Source: Eledone cirrhosa
Lineage: Eukaryota
DNA length: 64,000 nucleotides
Direction of reading: 5' to 3'
NCBI GenBank assembly: GCA_964016885.1
Contig: OZ024756.1
Coordinates: forward strand, 21,638,001 to 21,702,000
Positions 1 to 12,300 of this stretch are shown here, in pieces (within the stretch, counting starts at the first letter, position 1; each line of letters begins with the position of its first letter). Position numbers and translations under genes: made by a program. The notes under the pieces were generated by a model. The model saw nothing but the letters and a program-made list of their open reading frames with translations, searched no databases and was not told the origin of the DNA.

Positions 1-89
1 TGTATATACATACATATAATCACGGTCATGTGTATATATATAACAGTATTGCGAAGTGGTGGCACACTGCAGCCTGTATGACAGTCATT

Positions 90-279
90 GGTGGATTGGC
101 AGTATCGGTAGAGGGTCGGACGCCATGCTTTGACGCATAGAGTTACGGCCCTTGCCATTCTGAGTTCAAATCCCGCCGAGGTTAACTTTGCCTTTCATCC
201 TTACGGGGTCGATAAAAAAATAAAGTACCAGTAATGTACTGGATATTTGCTGGCCTTGTGCCAAAAGTAGAAACAATTA
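90..279 (+). mobile_element. tRNA-derived SINE, family 1 (full length)
   Basis: A-box-like TGGCAGTATCGG, B-box GAGTTCAAATCC, conserved core TTTGCCTTTCATCCTTACGGGGTCGATAAAA, tail GGCCTTGTGCCAAAAGTAGAAACAATT; about 25 copies in the window. Confidence 0.9.
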
Positions 280-329
280 TATGTATGTATCTGTGAGTGT
301 GTATGTATGTGTATGTATGTATGTATGTA

Positions 330-383
<54 letters not shown>

Positions 384-457
384 AGTATGTATGTAAGTGT
401 GTATATATATGTATGTATCTGTGTGTATATAGATGTATGTGTATGTATGTGTGTATA

Positions 458-503
<46 letters not shown>

Positions 504-550
504 AGTATGTATGTATGTGTGTATATATATGTATGCATGTATGTATAACA

Positions 551-692
551 AGGCGAGGGATTAGCAGTATCGTTAGAGGGTCGGACGCCATGCTTTGACG
601 CATAGTTAAGGCCCTTGCCGTTCTGAGTTCAAATCCCGACGAGGTTAACTTTTCCTTTCATCCTTATCGACCCCGTAAGGATGAAAGGCAAA
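551..692 (+). mobile_element. SINE family 1, 3'-truncated with local inversion of the core
   Basis: Head as at 90-279; CTTTCATCCTTA is followed by its reverse complement TAAGGATGAAAG. Confidence 0.8.
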
Positions 693-855
693 GTATGTAT
701 ATATACACACACATGAGACCGTGAATATATGTATGTATATATACACACACACACACGTGTATATACAGATTTGTGTGTGTGTGTATATACATATAAACAC
801 GGTCACATGTATATATTTGTATGTATGTATATTCACACGTACATATATATGCGTG

Positions 856-897
<42 letters not shown>

Positions 898-1002
898 AGC
901 GTAAAACTAACAGAATTTGTGCATTTCTGCATTTTTCTTGTTTCTTTCTTGAAACACACACACATATATATTTGTATTTTATATATTTATATATATTTGT
1001 AT

Positions 1003-1035
<33 letters not shown>

Positions 1036-1569
1036 ATGTGTATATATTTTCGCATATGTGAATGCGTGTGTGTATCGATATGTATATGCAGATCGATGGC
1101 CATGATTTACAGATAAGAGGTTGCTAGTACTACAAACTACAAACAAGCTCTCTATGGAGAACTAACTGATGGATCAAAGAAGCATTAAGAGAATGCAAGA
1201 AAGATGTTTAAGGATTCTCTGAAGTCTGACTTGAGGGATAATAAAAAAGAGAACTGTGTCTTGAGAAAGATTGGCAGCACATCGTATTGCTTGGGGAAAG
1301 TGTGTATAAAATGGAGGTAAAAATATGGCGGCTAGAACATTGTCCTATGCAATGCTGCTCCTTGTATCCCACAAGAAAGAAATCATAATTTTCCCCACGG
1401 GAACACGAGAAAGAAAGTAGTCGTTAATATGTATTTATTGTCATCGAACCCTTATATCTCGATCTGGAATCACAAATCAACTAAAGTCACTTGATAAGCA
1501 AGCAAGCAATATCAGGTGCTCGACTTGTGATTTAAGCGGTAGGTCACACTTAGGATTAACAAAGTGTAA

Positions 1570-1625
1570 TAGTGAGAGGTGATGAGGGGGAGATAGACAG
1601 AGGCGATGACAGTGGGAGTTTGGCT
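1570..1625 (+). mobile_element. 3' tip of CRE-like LINE family, abutting (TG)n
   Basis: TGACAGTGGGAGTTTGGCTCCTGTGTGTTCGGACC resembles the 3' end of the copies at 18590-18790 and 30540-30830. Confidence 0.45.
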
Positions 1626-1641
1626 CCTGTGTGTTCGGACC

Positions 1642-1723
<82 letters not shown>

Positions 1724-1794
1724 ACTTCTATTCAGTAAACTATATATGTAAACACAATGTATATAAAGGATGTCACCTATCTACAGTCATCTGA

Positions 1795-2520
1795 AGGCGC
1801 ATGCCTTTGTGGTTACAACTTTGGGCTTACAATCGTAAGTTGTGAGTTCAATTCCAGGACCGGGCGATGTGTTGTATCCTTTAGCAAATTACAATGACTT
1901 GCTGAAGAACATTTTTACAAAGTCCTTTAGCAAGTCATTGTAATTTGCGTTCTTGCAGTTCGCTCAGCTGTAGAAATGAATTGCGACTGGTGCCAAGCTG
2001 TATAAGCATTTACCTTTTCCTTGGACAGCATCGGTCGTACGTAGAGGAGAGCCTGGTATTTGTGGGTGACTGCTAAACATTCACTAAAAACTTTGGTCAG
2101 TCTTGTACGTCTAGGTGCAAATCCTATAGTCATTCTTGACCGAAGGGGGTCTTTACTCTTTAATTACAGTTATCCCGGTGGTTATCTTTATCTTGGACAG
2201 TATCAGTGGTATGTAGAGGAGAGACTGGTATGTTTGGGTGACTGCTAAACTTCTACAAACAACCTGGCTCGGACTTGTACGTCTAGGTGCAAATCCTATG
2301 GTCATTCTTGACCGAAAGGGGTCTTTACTCTTTAACTACAGTTATCAAGACAGTTATCTTTATCTTGGACATTATCGGTGGTGTGTAGAGGGGAGACTGA
2401 TATTTATGGGTGACTGCTAAACTTCAACAAACAGCCTTGGTCGGAGTTGTGTGTCTAGTTACAAATTCTATGGTCATTCGCGTGCGAAGGGGGTCTTTAC
2501 TCTTTACCCTTTATTTACAG
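1795..2520 (+). mobile_element. SINE family 2 (CORE-like) with its ~178-bp 3' portion tandemly triplicated
   Basis: tRNA-like head GGCGCATGCCTTTGTGGTTA...GAGTTCAATTCC; three diverged units TTGGACA...GACCGAAGGGGGTCTTTACTCTTTA at about 2020, 2195 and 2365. Confidence 0.75.
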
Positions 2521-2709
2521 TCATCCAGACGTTTGTGTGGTGGCTGTCACCATGAATCTGTATTTGTGGGGGCGGTATCGAAACCGCAGGTAAACAGCTG
2601 TCGCTTAAAACACTTATTAGATCAATCAACAGTGTATCACTGCATCGGAAACAGTTAACAGGTATTTAGTGCACAGAGTGGGTATAGTTAGCTACGTGTC
2701 AAAACCTAC

Positions 2710-2746
<37 letters not shown>

Positions 2747-2769
2747 ATGTATACACACACATACATACA

Positions 2770-2856
2770 CAGGGTGTCCCACAAATGTATACATCATTCT
2801 AATAAATACTGCCTGCAGAAGTAATCAAAGTGTGTAAACTTTTTTGGAAGACCCTG
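2770..2856. mobile_element. Tiny Tc1/mariner-type MITE
   Basis: Imperfect TIRs CAGGGTGTCCCACAAATGTATACA / TGTAAACTTTTTGGAAGACCCTG followed by TA; relatives at 50773-50840 and 57832-57931. Confidence 0.6.
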
Positions 2857-3157
2857 TATGTATGTATGTATGTGTACGCACACGCACACGCACACGCACA
2901 CACACACACCCAGGAAGTGTAACCTGCCTGAAGTTACTGTAGGTTCACCCAGGTCTGTAGCGAGGTGTAGAGGTAAATAGTGTGTAAATACAACAGCAGA
3001 GGTCCAACGAGCTTTCGATTCCATGTCGGGCCAGATCGATAAAGATCGAACTTTGAGCTGATCAATAGAGAAACACGCGTCACTAATCAATAAACGTAAT
3101 GAAGGCTTAACAAATCGTCCTTTTATTGTTTATATATATATATTTAATATAGAAATA

Positions 3158-3206
3158 GCTTCTACAGGACTAGAACTGTTTCATTCGGGAGAAATCATCA
3201 GGAAGC
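3158..3206 (-). ncRNA. Type I hammerhead ribozyme, family A (intact)
   Basis: Minus strand GCUUC-CUGAUGA-UUUC UCCC GAAU-GAAA-CAG UUCUAGUC CUG-UA-GAAGC: complete core, stems I/II/III, GUA cleavage triplet. Confidence 0.85.
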
Positions 3207-3308
3207 CAATGTAGATGCCATTTCTATATTAAATATTTATACTCTGCTATGTATTGAGTACCTTACTTATTGTGGTTACCTCCGATTGAATCCGGGATAA
3301 ACTTATGT

Positions 3309-3362
<54 letters not shown>

Positions 3363-3394
3363 CCCCCCCCCCCCCCCTCAAAAGCCTGAACCCA

Positions 3395-3475
3395 ATAAAC
3401 GGTAAGTAAGGTACTCAATACATAGATGATTTCTCACGAATGAAACAGTTTTAGTCCTGTAGAAGCTCTTCTATA

Positions 3476-3480
<5 letters not shown>
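3395..3480 (+). mobile_element. Family A element: inverted tail plus hammerhead missing the 5' end of the core
   Basis: GGTAAGTAAGGTACTCAATACATAG (reverse-complement tail) fused to ATGATTTCTCACGAATGAAACAGTTTTAGTCCTGTAGAAGC. Confidence 0.75.
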
Positions 3481-3511
<31 letters not shown>

Positions 3512-4079
3512 GCGCATGAATAAACCGTATCTGAATATAAATGTATATGTGTATATCTATCTGTTCATTTCTATGAATTCAATCGTATGTATATATATGT
3601 ATATATGTTTTTACGTATGTATGTATGTATGTTTTTATGTATGTACGTTTGTATGTATGTACACACCTTCATATGGAGCGAGCGGGGGGGGGGGAGAAGA
3701 CAAAGGTAGAGACTATAATCTTTCTATGCTATGTTATGTATCTATTAATATTTATAGTATTAATATTATTGATTCTAATATCCTATTTACTTGTTTTCTT
3801 CTTTTTCTATCAATGTTTTCCCACTCTCCATTTTATTGCACCAGCTGGTGCACCTCTCTGTCTTTGAGGTGTGTACAGTATTGTGTTTTGATAAAGGCCG
3901 AATTTCTTTATATGTTACAACTAATTTAATGTGTTCTAAGCGTAGGCTGCCGTTTCTTGTTTCTTTTGTTGGCTATTTGTAATGTTATTCTTTTGTTCTT
4001 GTATATTGCGACAGCTCTTTATGTTGTTGTTATATATTTATGTTGTGAGTTGTGATAGGTTGATGTGAGGTGATTTTGT

Positions 4080-4156
4080 TGATATATGTGCTGTGTGAGT
4101 GTGTTGTTGTTGTGAGATTGTTGTGTTGATATGTGCTGTGTGAGTATGTTGTGAGG

Positions 4157-4191
<35 letters not shown>

Positions 4192-4710
4192 ATGTGTTGT
4201 GTTGTTTTTGTGTTGATATATTGTATGTGTTATGTGCTGTGTGAGTTGTGGGGTTATTGTGTTGTTGTATGTGCTGTGTGAGTTGTGGGATTATTATGTT
4301 GTTATATGTGCTGTGTGAGTTGTGGGATTATTATGTTGTATGTGCTGCGTGAGTTGTGGGGTTATTATGTTGTTATATATGCTGTGTGAGTTGTGGGGTT
4401 ATTATGTTGTTATATATGCTGTGTGAGTTGTGGGGTTATTATGTTGTTATATATGCTGTGTGAGTTGTGGGGTTATTGTGTTGGTATATATGCTGTGTGA
4501 ATTGTGGGGTTACTGTTTTGATATATGCGCTGTGTGAGTTGTGGGGTTACTGTGTTGTTGTATGTGCTGTGTGAGTTGTGGGGTTATTATGTTGTTATAT
4601 ATGCTGTGTGAGTTATGGGGTTACTATTTTGATATATGTGATGTGTGAGTTGTGGGGTTACTGTGTTGCTGTATGTGCTGTGTGAGTTGTGATATTTTAC
4701 TGTGAGGTGT
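4080..4710. repeat. GT-rich minisatellite, ~35-38 bp unit
   Basis: Repeated ATGCTGTGTGAGTTGTGGGGTTATTATGTTGTTATAT. Confidence 0.9.
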
Positions 4711-4732
4711 TTATCTTTCTAAAATGTTATCG

Positions 4733-4853
4733 TTCTTAGTTCAAATCCCGCCAAGGTCAACTTTGCTTTTCATCCTGACGGGGTCGATAAAATAAAGTAC
4801 CAGTAATGCACTGGGGTAATTGCTGGTCTTGTGCCAAAAGTACAGACAATTAT
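4733..4853 (+). mobile_element. SINE family 1, 5'-truncated
   Basis: B-box, core and tail present. Confidence 0.8.
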
Positions 4854-5195
4854 TATCACCATCAACAACATCATAATCACTATCCCCATCACGTTCATCA
4901 TAATCATCATCATCAATATCAACAACACCATCATCAACATCGTTGTCCTCAGCATGATTACCACCACCGCCACCACCACCACTACTACCATTGTCATCAT
5001 CATCATCATCATCATCATCATCGCTATCGTAATAAACTTCGATAGATGTTCGATTTGGTTATATTACATCTACTCAATAATCGATACAATTTCAATGATT
5101 TCCAGACCCAAACATACGGCAGCCTTCTGCTGGAATTTCATGAAAGTCTTGTCTCTTGTATTCTTCGAAAATTTACGTTTTCTCTTCCCATTTTA

Positions 5196-5250
<55 letters not shown>

Positions 5251-5252
<2 letters not shown>

Positions 5253-5503
5253 AAGTCTCAGACCCTGTAGAGCAGCACAGACTCCACTACAGCAATGAAG
5301 AGGCGGATTTTCAGGTCTTTACGAAGGTCCGACTTCCACACCGATCTCAAGCTGTGGCACGCCGCCCAGGCTTTGCTCTTCCTCTCAACCACATCATCTC
5401 CCGTATTCCCAATCTTTGCTCCCAAATACAGGAAGTCCTCAACCAATTCTAGCCGCTTCCCGCCTGCATTAGTGATCTCCTCTGGTTTCTCAACATTCTC
5501 TAC
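5251..5503 (-). pseudogene. RTE-clade LINE ORF fragment (late RT/thumb region)
   Basis: EDFLYLGAKIGNTGDDVVERKSKAWAACHSLRSVWKSDLRKDLKIRLFIAVVESVLLY; overlaps in sequence with the copy at 41845-42310. Confidence 0.85.
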
Positions 5504-5689
5504 CAGATATTTTTGTTTCTACTTTAGGCCTGCAATCGCCCAGTACATTACTGGTACTTTATTTTATCGACCCCGTAAGGATGAAAGGCAAAGATATTTT
5601 GTTTTAGTCTCATTCATTCTTAGCCCCTACACTCATCGACACAGTCTCAACCTCCTGCATCAAATCCTCTGCCTCCTTCACTGTATTTG

Positions 5690-5780
5690 TCTGTTGGAGA
5701 CGCAGGACATGGCAACGATAATGAGGGACAGACCGCTGGAGAGAACTCGTCCATGGATCTCGGGAATTTTACCCGCCCTA
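5690..5780 (+). mobile_element. RTE LINE 3' end fragment
   Basis: LLETQDMATIMRDR matches the C-terminus of the 41840-42205 ORF. Confidence 0.75.
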
Positions 5781-5783
5781 GAA

Positions 5784-5814
<31 letters not shown>

Positions 5815-6156
5815 GACACACACATTAAAACATACATAAGTGTGTGTGCCTGTGTGTTTGTATATTTGTATATATACGAGTGTATTTTTGAGTGTGTGCG
5901 TGTGTTTAGAAGCCTAATGTGCATATACGTGTGTGTGTGTGTGTATATATATATATGTGCATATACGTGTGTGTGTGTGTGTATATATATATATGTGTGT
6001 GCGTGTTAATATATATATATATGTGTGTGTGTGTTATATATGTTTGTATATAAAAGTATTTGTGTTATATTTGAATATTTATATATATGTGTATGTGCGA
6101 TTTTGTGTGTATCTGTACATGTCTATGTATGTATCTCTCTCTCGCTGTATGTATAA

Positions 6157-6211
<55 letters not shown>

Positions 6212-6329
6212 ATATGTATATATGAATATAAAAGTATTTGTGTTATATTTAGAGACTTATATATATATATACGTGTGTGTGCGATTTTGTGTGTATGTGT
6301 ACATGTCTGTATGTCTCTCTCTCTCTGTA

Positions 6330-6354
<25 letters not shown>

Positions 6355-6375
<21 letters not shown>

Positions 6376-7231
6376 TTAGGATGTCTGTCTGTGTGTGAGT
6401 TCGAATCCCTAAAACTCGAGAACCACCCAACCGACTGTTTTCAAACTTTACACATGTAATACTTATGTTTCAGGGAGTGTTCTGAGCAAAAACAAATATC
6501 AAATTTTCAATGCCCTAGGGACCGCATTGGGCGATTTAGCGATCTCGCTCTATAATTCTTAGTCTTTCTCTTTTTAGATAGATATATACATATAACGTCG
6601 CACCCTTATAATATCTGTCTGTATGTCTGACTGTCTGCATAACGTCACTTCCCTGAGGATGTCTCTGTGTGTGAGTTTGAATCCCTAAAACTCAAGAAGT
6701 ACCCAACCGATTTTTTTCAAACTTTACATGTGTATTACTTATGATCCCCTAGGGCCCGCATCAGGTGAAAAACTGCGTCTTTTAAGATTTTTAGGGGTTT
6801 TTTGAGGCGTTACGTTAGACCGATTTCATTGAAATTGTAACTATGTATTAATCAGTCTCTTCTTCATACCATAAGCAAAGAAAATCCAACTTTCTTATGG
6901 CCTAGGGCCCGCATGAGCTGAAAAACTTCATTTTTTCAGCTTCTTAGGGCTTTTTGGAGCCGTTACGTCTAGCCGATTTTCCCGAAATTTAAAGGCATAT
7001 TATGCACATAAAAAACATTCATTTTCTTGATCCCCTATGGCCCTGTATTAGGCGAAAACCTGCATTTTTCCTGATTCATCGAGAAAAATCTTAAAGATTA
7101 TCCAGCCATCAGAGTATTCGGTTTATTTTCTTTACATATTGTCCAGGCATGCAGTTTTTCCACGATTAGGTCTGTTGGCGGCCCGCGTTCCAAAATACCT
7201 TATCCCGTGCAACGCCAGGTACCACTGCTAG
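6355..7231 (+). mobile_element. Non-autonomous Helitron-like element
   Basis: Starts in TATATAAAAC, has internal subrepeats (GGATGTCTGTCTGTGTGTGAGTT x2, CCTAGGGCCCGCAT-like x4), ends CCCGTGCAACGCCAGGTACCACTG-CTAG|T (subterminal GC hairpin plus CTAG). Confidence 0.7.
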
Positions 7232-7238
7232 TATATTA

Positions 7239-7273
<35 letters not shown>

Positions 7274-7301
7274 TGAGTACATGCATCTATCTATCTATCT
7301 A

Positions 7302-7342
<41 letters not shown>

Positions 7343-7408
7343 ATGAATACATGCATCTATCTCTCTCTCTATATATATATATATGTGTGTGTGCATGAGT
7401 ACTTGCAT

Positions 7409-7459
<51 letters not shown>

Positions 7460-7894
7460 CATAGGTGCATACATTAATAACATTACTCGGTAAGAAGAAG
7501 GCATTTGTGAAGATAAATGAATGCATCTTTAAGATTACATTTACTGTCAATCTGACGAGCTTCATCTAGTGTAATTCATGAAAGAAGTACATGCTTATCC
7601 CAGATAATCCTGCTTTCATACTCAATTGCTAAGTGCCATAAATTGAAAATATAGACAGGGATTACTGAAAAACAAATGTGAATCACATAATATGCAAGAC
7701 ATAGTGTTTATCATGGAACATTCTGGAATGTAATGCCAGGTGCATTAAGATCTGAACAATGTTAAGTCTTCTTCTACACAACCTGTTCACAAGAGTTCAA
7801 ATTCAAAATACTGCATTTTTTAAAAAAGTATTTTTGTTGTATTTATCACTTGGTGTGCAATTTTAAGTCGTATTTTATTCTTAATTCACCTTAT

Positions 7895-8092
7895 TCACCT
7901 TCGTCTTTTTCTTTTTCTTCTTTTTCTTCTTTTTCTTCTTCTTCTTCTTCTTCTTCTTTTTCTTCTTTTTCTTCTTTTTTTCTTCTTCTTCACCTTCTTC
8001 TTCACCTTCTTCTTCTTCTTTTGTTTCTTTTTCTTTTTCTTTTTTTCTTTTTCTTTTTTTCTTTTTCTTCTTCTTTGTCTTCTTCTTCTCGT
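7895..8092. repeat. (CTT)n/T-rich low-complexity tract
   Basis: Direct observation. Confidence 0.9.
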
Positions 8093-8442
8093 CGTGGGAG
8101 CTGAGTCCTCAAGCACACCTTTCGACGTTCTAATCTTTAATCAGTTCTCCCATCTATCAGAAATGAGTATCAGATCAAATTTGCTTTTCGTTCAACAGAA
8201 GTAAAGTAGTACAACCACACCCTAGTGTCTGTGCATTAACTGACTTCGGTAAAATGTTTGACAAAATATTTTAGGGTTTGTATTTCTGGTGTGTGAGTTC
8301 TGAGTTCAAGTCATTTCTTCTAAAATCTGAAAAGTGGCGAAGATTCTCCCAGGAGTTACAACGGGTAGATAGTATCAGTAATGGAAAAATCAACCAAAAT
8401 ATTAAACTTTCTTGATCCGATCTGATGATCGGCAATTACACA

Positions 8443-8525
<83 letters not shown>

Positions 8526-8984
8526 GTATTTGTGTAGGGGTGCGTCTGTACACGTGCGTGTAGAAATATCTACCATACAGTTTTTGTGTACCAAAACCCA
8601 CTCGACTATATTAGAAGTCTCAATGTCACCGCGCTGTTGACTTGAACCGTAAATTATGTTTATACGAAGCAAACCTCTTAACCAGGCAGTCATGCTTGCA
8701 CTTGTCTTTTTTACGGAGTTAACGATATATCTTTGTTTTCTTTGTTTTCTAATAAACTGTAGTGTATGTTGATTACATTGCACACTGCTGTTGCAAAAAG
8801 TCTCTGCTTTGATGTAAACTGTTGATGGTGAACTTATTTCACATCACTTTTTTCTCTTTTCGTTTTTTTCTAAATTGAGTTGAGTTGTCTAAGTTTGTTA
8901 TGTGAAGCATTCATCCATGATAGACAGGCGAAGTCAATGATTATTCGAAAGAGCGCTTTGTAAACATTAGTTCTTTCTTCCGTG

Positions 8985-10560
8985 TTTAGTTGATTCAAGA
9001 TAGTTGCTCCATCTTCCGTGTTTTGCTGGTTCAAGATAGTTGCTCCATCTTCCGTGTTTTGCTGATTCAAGATAGTTGCTCCATCTTCCGTGTTTTGCTG
9101 ATTCAAGATAGTTGCTCCATCTTCCGTGTTTTGCTGGTTCAAGATAGTTGCTCCATCTTCCGTGTTTTGCTGATTCAAGATAGTTGCTCCATCTTCCGTG
9201 TTTTGCTGATTCAAGATAGTTGCTCCATCTTCCGTGTTTTGCTGGTTCAAGATAGTTGCTCCATCTTCCGTGTTTTGCTGGTTCAAGATAGTTGCTCCAT
9301 CTTCCGTGTTTTGCTGATTCAAGATAGTTGCTCCATCTTCCGTGTTTTGCTGGTTCAAGATAGTTGCTCCATCTTCCGTGATTTGCTGGTTCAAGATAGT
9401 TGCTCCATCTTCCTTGTTTTGCTGGTTCAAGATAGTTGCTCGATCTTCCTTGTTTTGCTGGTTCAAGATAGTTGCTCCATCTTCCGTGTTTTGCTGATTC
9501 AAGATAGTTGCTCCATCTTCCGTGTTTTGCTGGTTCAAGATAGTTGCTCCATCTTCCGTGTTTTGCTGGTTCAAGATAGTTGCTCCATCTTCCGTGTTTT
9601 GCTGATTCAAGATAGTTGCTCCATCTTCCGTGTTTTGCTGGTTCAAGATAGTTGCTCCATCTTCCGTGTTTTGCTGGTTCAAGATAGTTGCTCCATCTTC
9701 CGTGTTTTGCTGGTTCAAGATAGTTGCTCCATCTTCCGTGTTTTGCTGATTCAAGATAGTTGCTCCATCTTCCGTGTTTTGCTGGTTCAAGATAGTTGCT
9801 CTATCTTCCGTGTTTTGCTGGTTCAAGATAGTTGCTCCATCTTCCGTGTTTTGCTGGTTCAAGATAGTTGCTCAATCTTCCGTGTTTTGCTGGTTCAAGA
9901 TAGTTGCTCCATCTTCCGTGTTTTGTTGGTTCAAGATAGTTGCTCCATCTTCCGTGTTTTGTTGGTTCAAGATAGTTGCTCCATCTTCCGTGTTTTGTTG
10001 GTTCAAGATAGTTGCTCCATCTTCCGTGTTTTGTTGGTTCAAGATAGTTGCTCCATCTTCCGTGTTTTGCTGGTTCAAGATAGTTGCTCCATCTTCCGTG
10101 TTTTGCTGGTTCAAGATAGTTGCTCCATCTTCCGTGTTTTGCTGGTTCAAGATAGTTGCTCCATCTTCCGTGTTTTGCTGGTTCAAGTTAGTTGCTCCAT
10201 CTTCCGTGTTTTGCTGATTCAAGATAGTTGCTCCATCTTCCGTGTTTTGCTGATTCAAGATAGTTGCTCCATCTTCCGTGTTTTGCTGATTCAAGATAGT
10301 TGCTCCATCTTCCGTGTTTTGCTGATTCAAGATAGTTGCTCCATCTTCCGTGTTTTGCTGGTTCAAGATAGTTGCTCCATCTTCCGTGTTTTGCTGATTC
10401 AAGATAGTTGCTCCATCTTCCGTGTTTTGCTGGTTCAAGATAGTTGCTCCATCTTCCGTGTTTTGCTGATTCAAGATAGTTGCTCTATCTTCCGTGTTTT
10501 GCTGGTTCAAGATAGTTTCTCTATCTTCCGTGTTTTGCTGGTTCAAGTTGGTTGTTCAGT
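8985..10560. repeat. Homogeneous 36-bp minisatellite, ~43 copies, with degenerate units continuing to ~10840
   Basis: Unit TCAAGATAGTTGCTCCATCTTCCGTGTTTTGCTGRT; no spacers. Confidence 0.95.
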
Positions 10561-11240
10561 CTTCTATGTATAGCTGATTAAAAATGGTAGTTCATTTTGT
10601 GCTTAGCTGGTTCAAGATGGTTGTTCAGTCTTCTATGTATAGCTGATTAAAAATGGTAGTTCATTTTGTGCTTAGCTGGTTCAAGATGGTTGTTCTCTAT
10701 CCCATGTTTAACTGGTTCAAAGTGGTATTTCTGAGTTCTTCAGTGTTTAGGTAGTTCAAGATTGTAGTCCTCTCTTCTATGTTTAGGTGCGTATCAAGAT
10801 AGTACTTCATTATTCCGTGTTTAGCTGGTTCAAGATGGTGCACAAGGATTATTCTTCTGTATAGCTCTGTTACATATCACTGAAGTATGCTCTGCCACGG
10901 CAGCTTGCTACCTATGGTTATATCCAGTAATAAAAGTTATTATGTATGCAATATATAATTCCTGAAATGTAGTAGCATGCTTAATGTGTTTCCTTTTCAC
11001 ACTAAACCCATTGGCTTTCATTTCGATGGCTGAAACGTAATTTTTCTGTTATGCACCTAGGCTTATATTCTGATGCAGTTCCTGTTTAAAATATTGTAAA
11101 CAGTGTCATTTTAACGCCGCGGTGAAATTCCTATTAACGCAAACAATGTGTATTCATAGCAGGTATCATACATCTCACTTTCAAGAGCGTTGGCCTGATT
11201 TTGTTTGAAAAGTGAGAAAAGAGGGATTCCAAATATAGTA

Positions 11241-11679
11241 CAGGGTAGTCCGAAAGTCTTGTACCGCCTATCAAAAAGAAAATTATATTATCATTTTTAG
11301 AAAATTATATTATCATTAGAAAATTATATTATTATTATTATGTATTATAAGAAAATTATATTATAATTAATTATTTTTACTTTTGGCACAAGGCCAGCAA
11401 ATACCCAGTGCATTACTGGTACTTTATTTTATCGACCCCGTAAGGATGAAAGGGACCCCGTAAGGATGAAAGTTAACCTCGGCGGTATTTGAACTCAGAA
11501 TGGCAAGGGCCGTAACTCTATGCGTCAAAGCATGGCGTCCGACCCTCTACCGATACTGCCAATCCACCGCCCCTTATCATTATATTATAATTAATGATAT
11601 TATATATTATTTTATTAAAACAAAAAATAATGAAAGTTAAAACAATATGTCGAGGTGACAAGACTTTCGAACCACCCTG
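11241..11679. mobile_element. Tc1/mariner-type MITE with a nested SINE
   Basis: TA|CAGGGTAGTCCGAAAGTCTTGT ... ACAAGACTTTCGAACCACCCTG|TA: TIRs plus TA target duplication. Confidence 0.8.
11372..11573 (-). mobile_element. SINE family 1 nested in the MITE
   Basis: Full copy with internal duplication of GACCCCGTAAGGATGAAAG. Confidence 0.9.
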
Positions 11680-12239
11680 TAAATTGATGGACTAATGCAT
11701 TGATGGTTTATATATCAGGGAATACATTCGACAGAATGGCAATGGTGAATCTCCTGATAAGTAAGCATCCAAACCATTGGACCATGTATCCCGTCATCTT
11801 CTAGGATTTCCACTTTTTGAAAAGCCTGCTGTGACAGAATATGGTACAACGGATTTTGCGCTATACTTAAATCCATGGAAATAACTATAGATAACTAATA
11901 GCTAACTATGGTTAGAGTTCGATACGGAAAAGCGTGTATTACATATATTTATTTGTTTGAATATGAACTTATTAGAAGCTAGATATGTCAATCGCAACTC
12001 TGAATCTATTGTATTAATTCACATAGGTTTACATTTAATTGGAATTTAACTTGAATCCAAACCGAGGATTGAATGTGAAGAATATGTGTTTACATAGAAT
12101 ATCTTTTGGGCTTATATTTTATGTGAGTATTTCATCTAGGTATTCACTTGTAGAATTCCCATATAAATATCATTTGTCTAAATACAATATCTCTCTATAA
12201 CATGTCCGACGTTGAGGGTGTCGTTAGGGCGCCGTATTG

Positions 12240-12300
12240 ACATACGGCGTTTCTAGGACTTTTTAAATATGGCGGAGCACATCCCTCTTCAGGATCCGAC
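12240..12300 (+). repeat. Unclassified dispersed repeat fragment
   Basis: CATACGGCGTTTCTAGGACTTTTTAAATATGGCGGAGC recurs at 41237-41305 (+) and 44395-44462 (-). Confidence 0.55.

Noticed and set aside
90-279. tRNA genes at SINE heads
   Set aside because: A and B boxes are present but there is no complete cloverleaf, and each continues into the SINE core and tail
7545-7600. CTGACGA...GAAA hammerhead candidate
   Set aside because: No convincing stem I, II or III pairing
8985-10560. CRISPR array (36-bp repeat length)
   Set aside because: Units are contiguous with no unique spacers, there are no cas genes, and the context is eukaryotic
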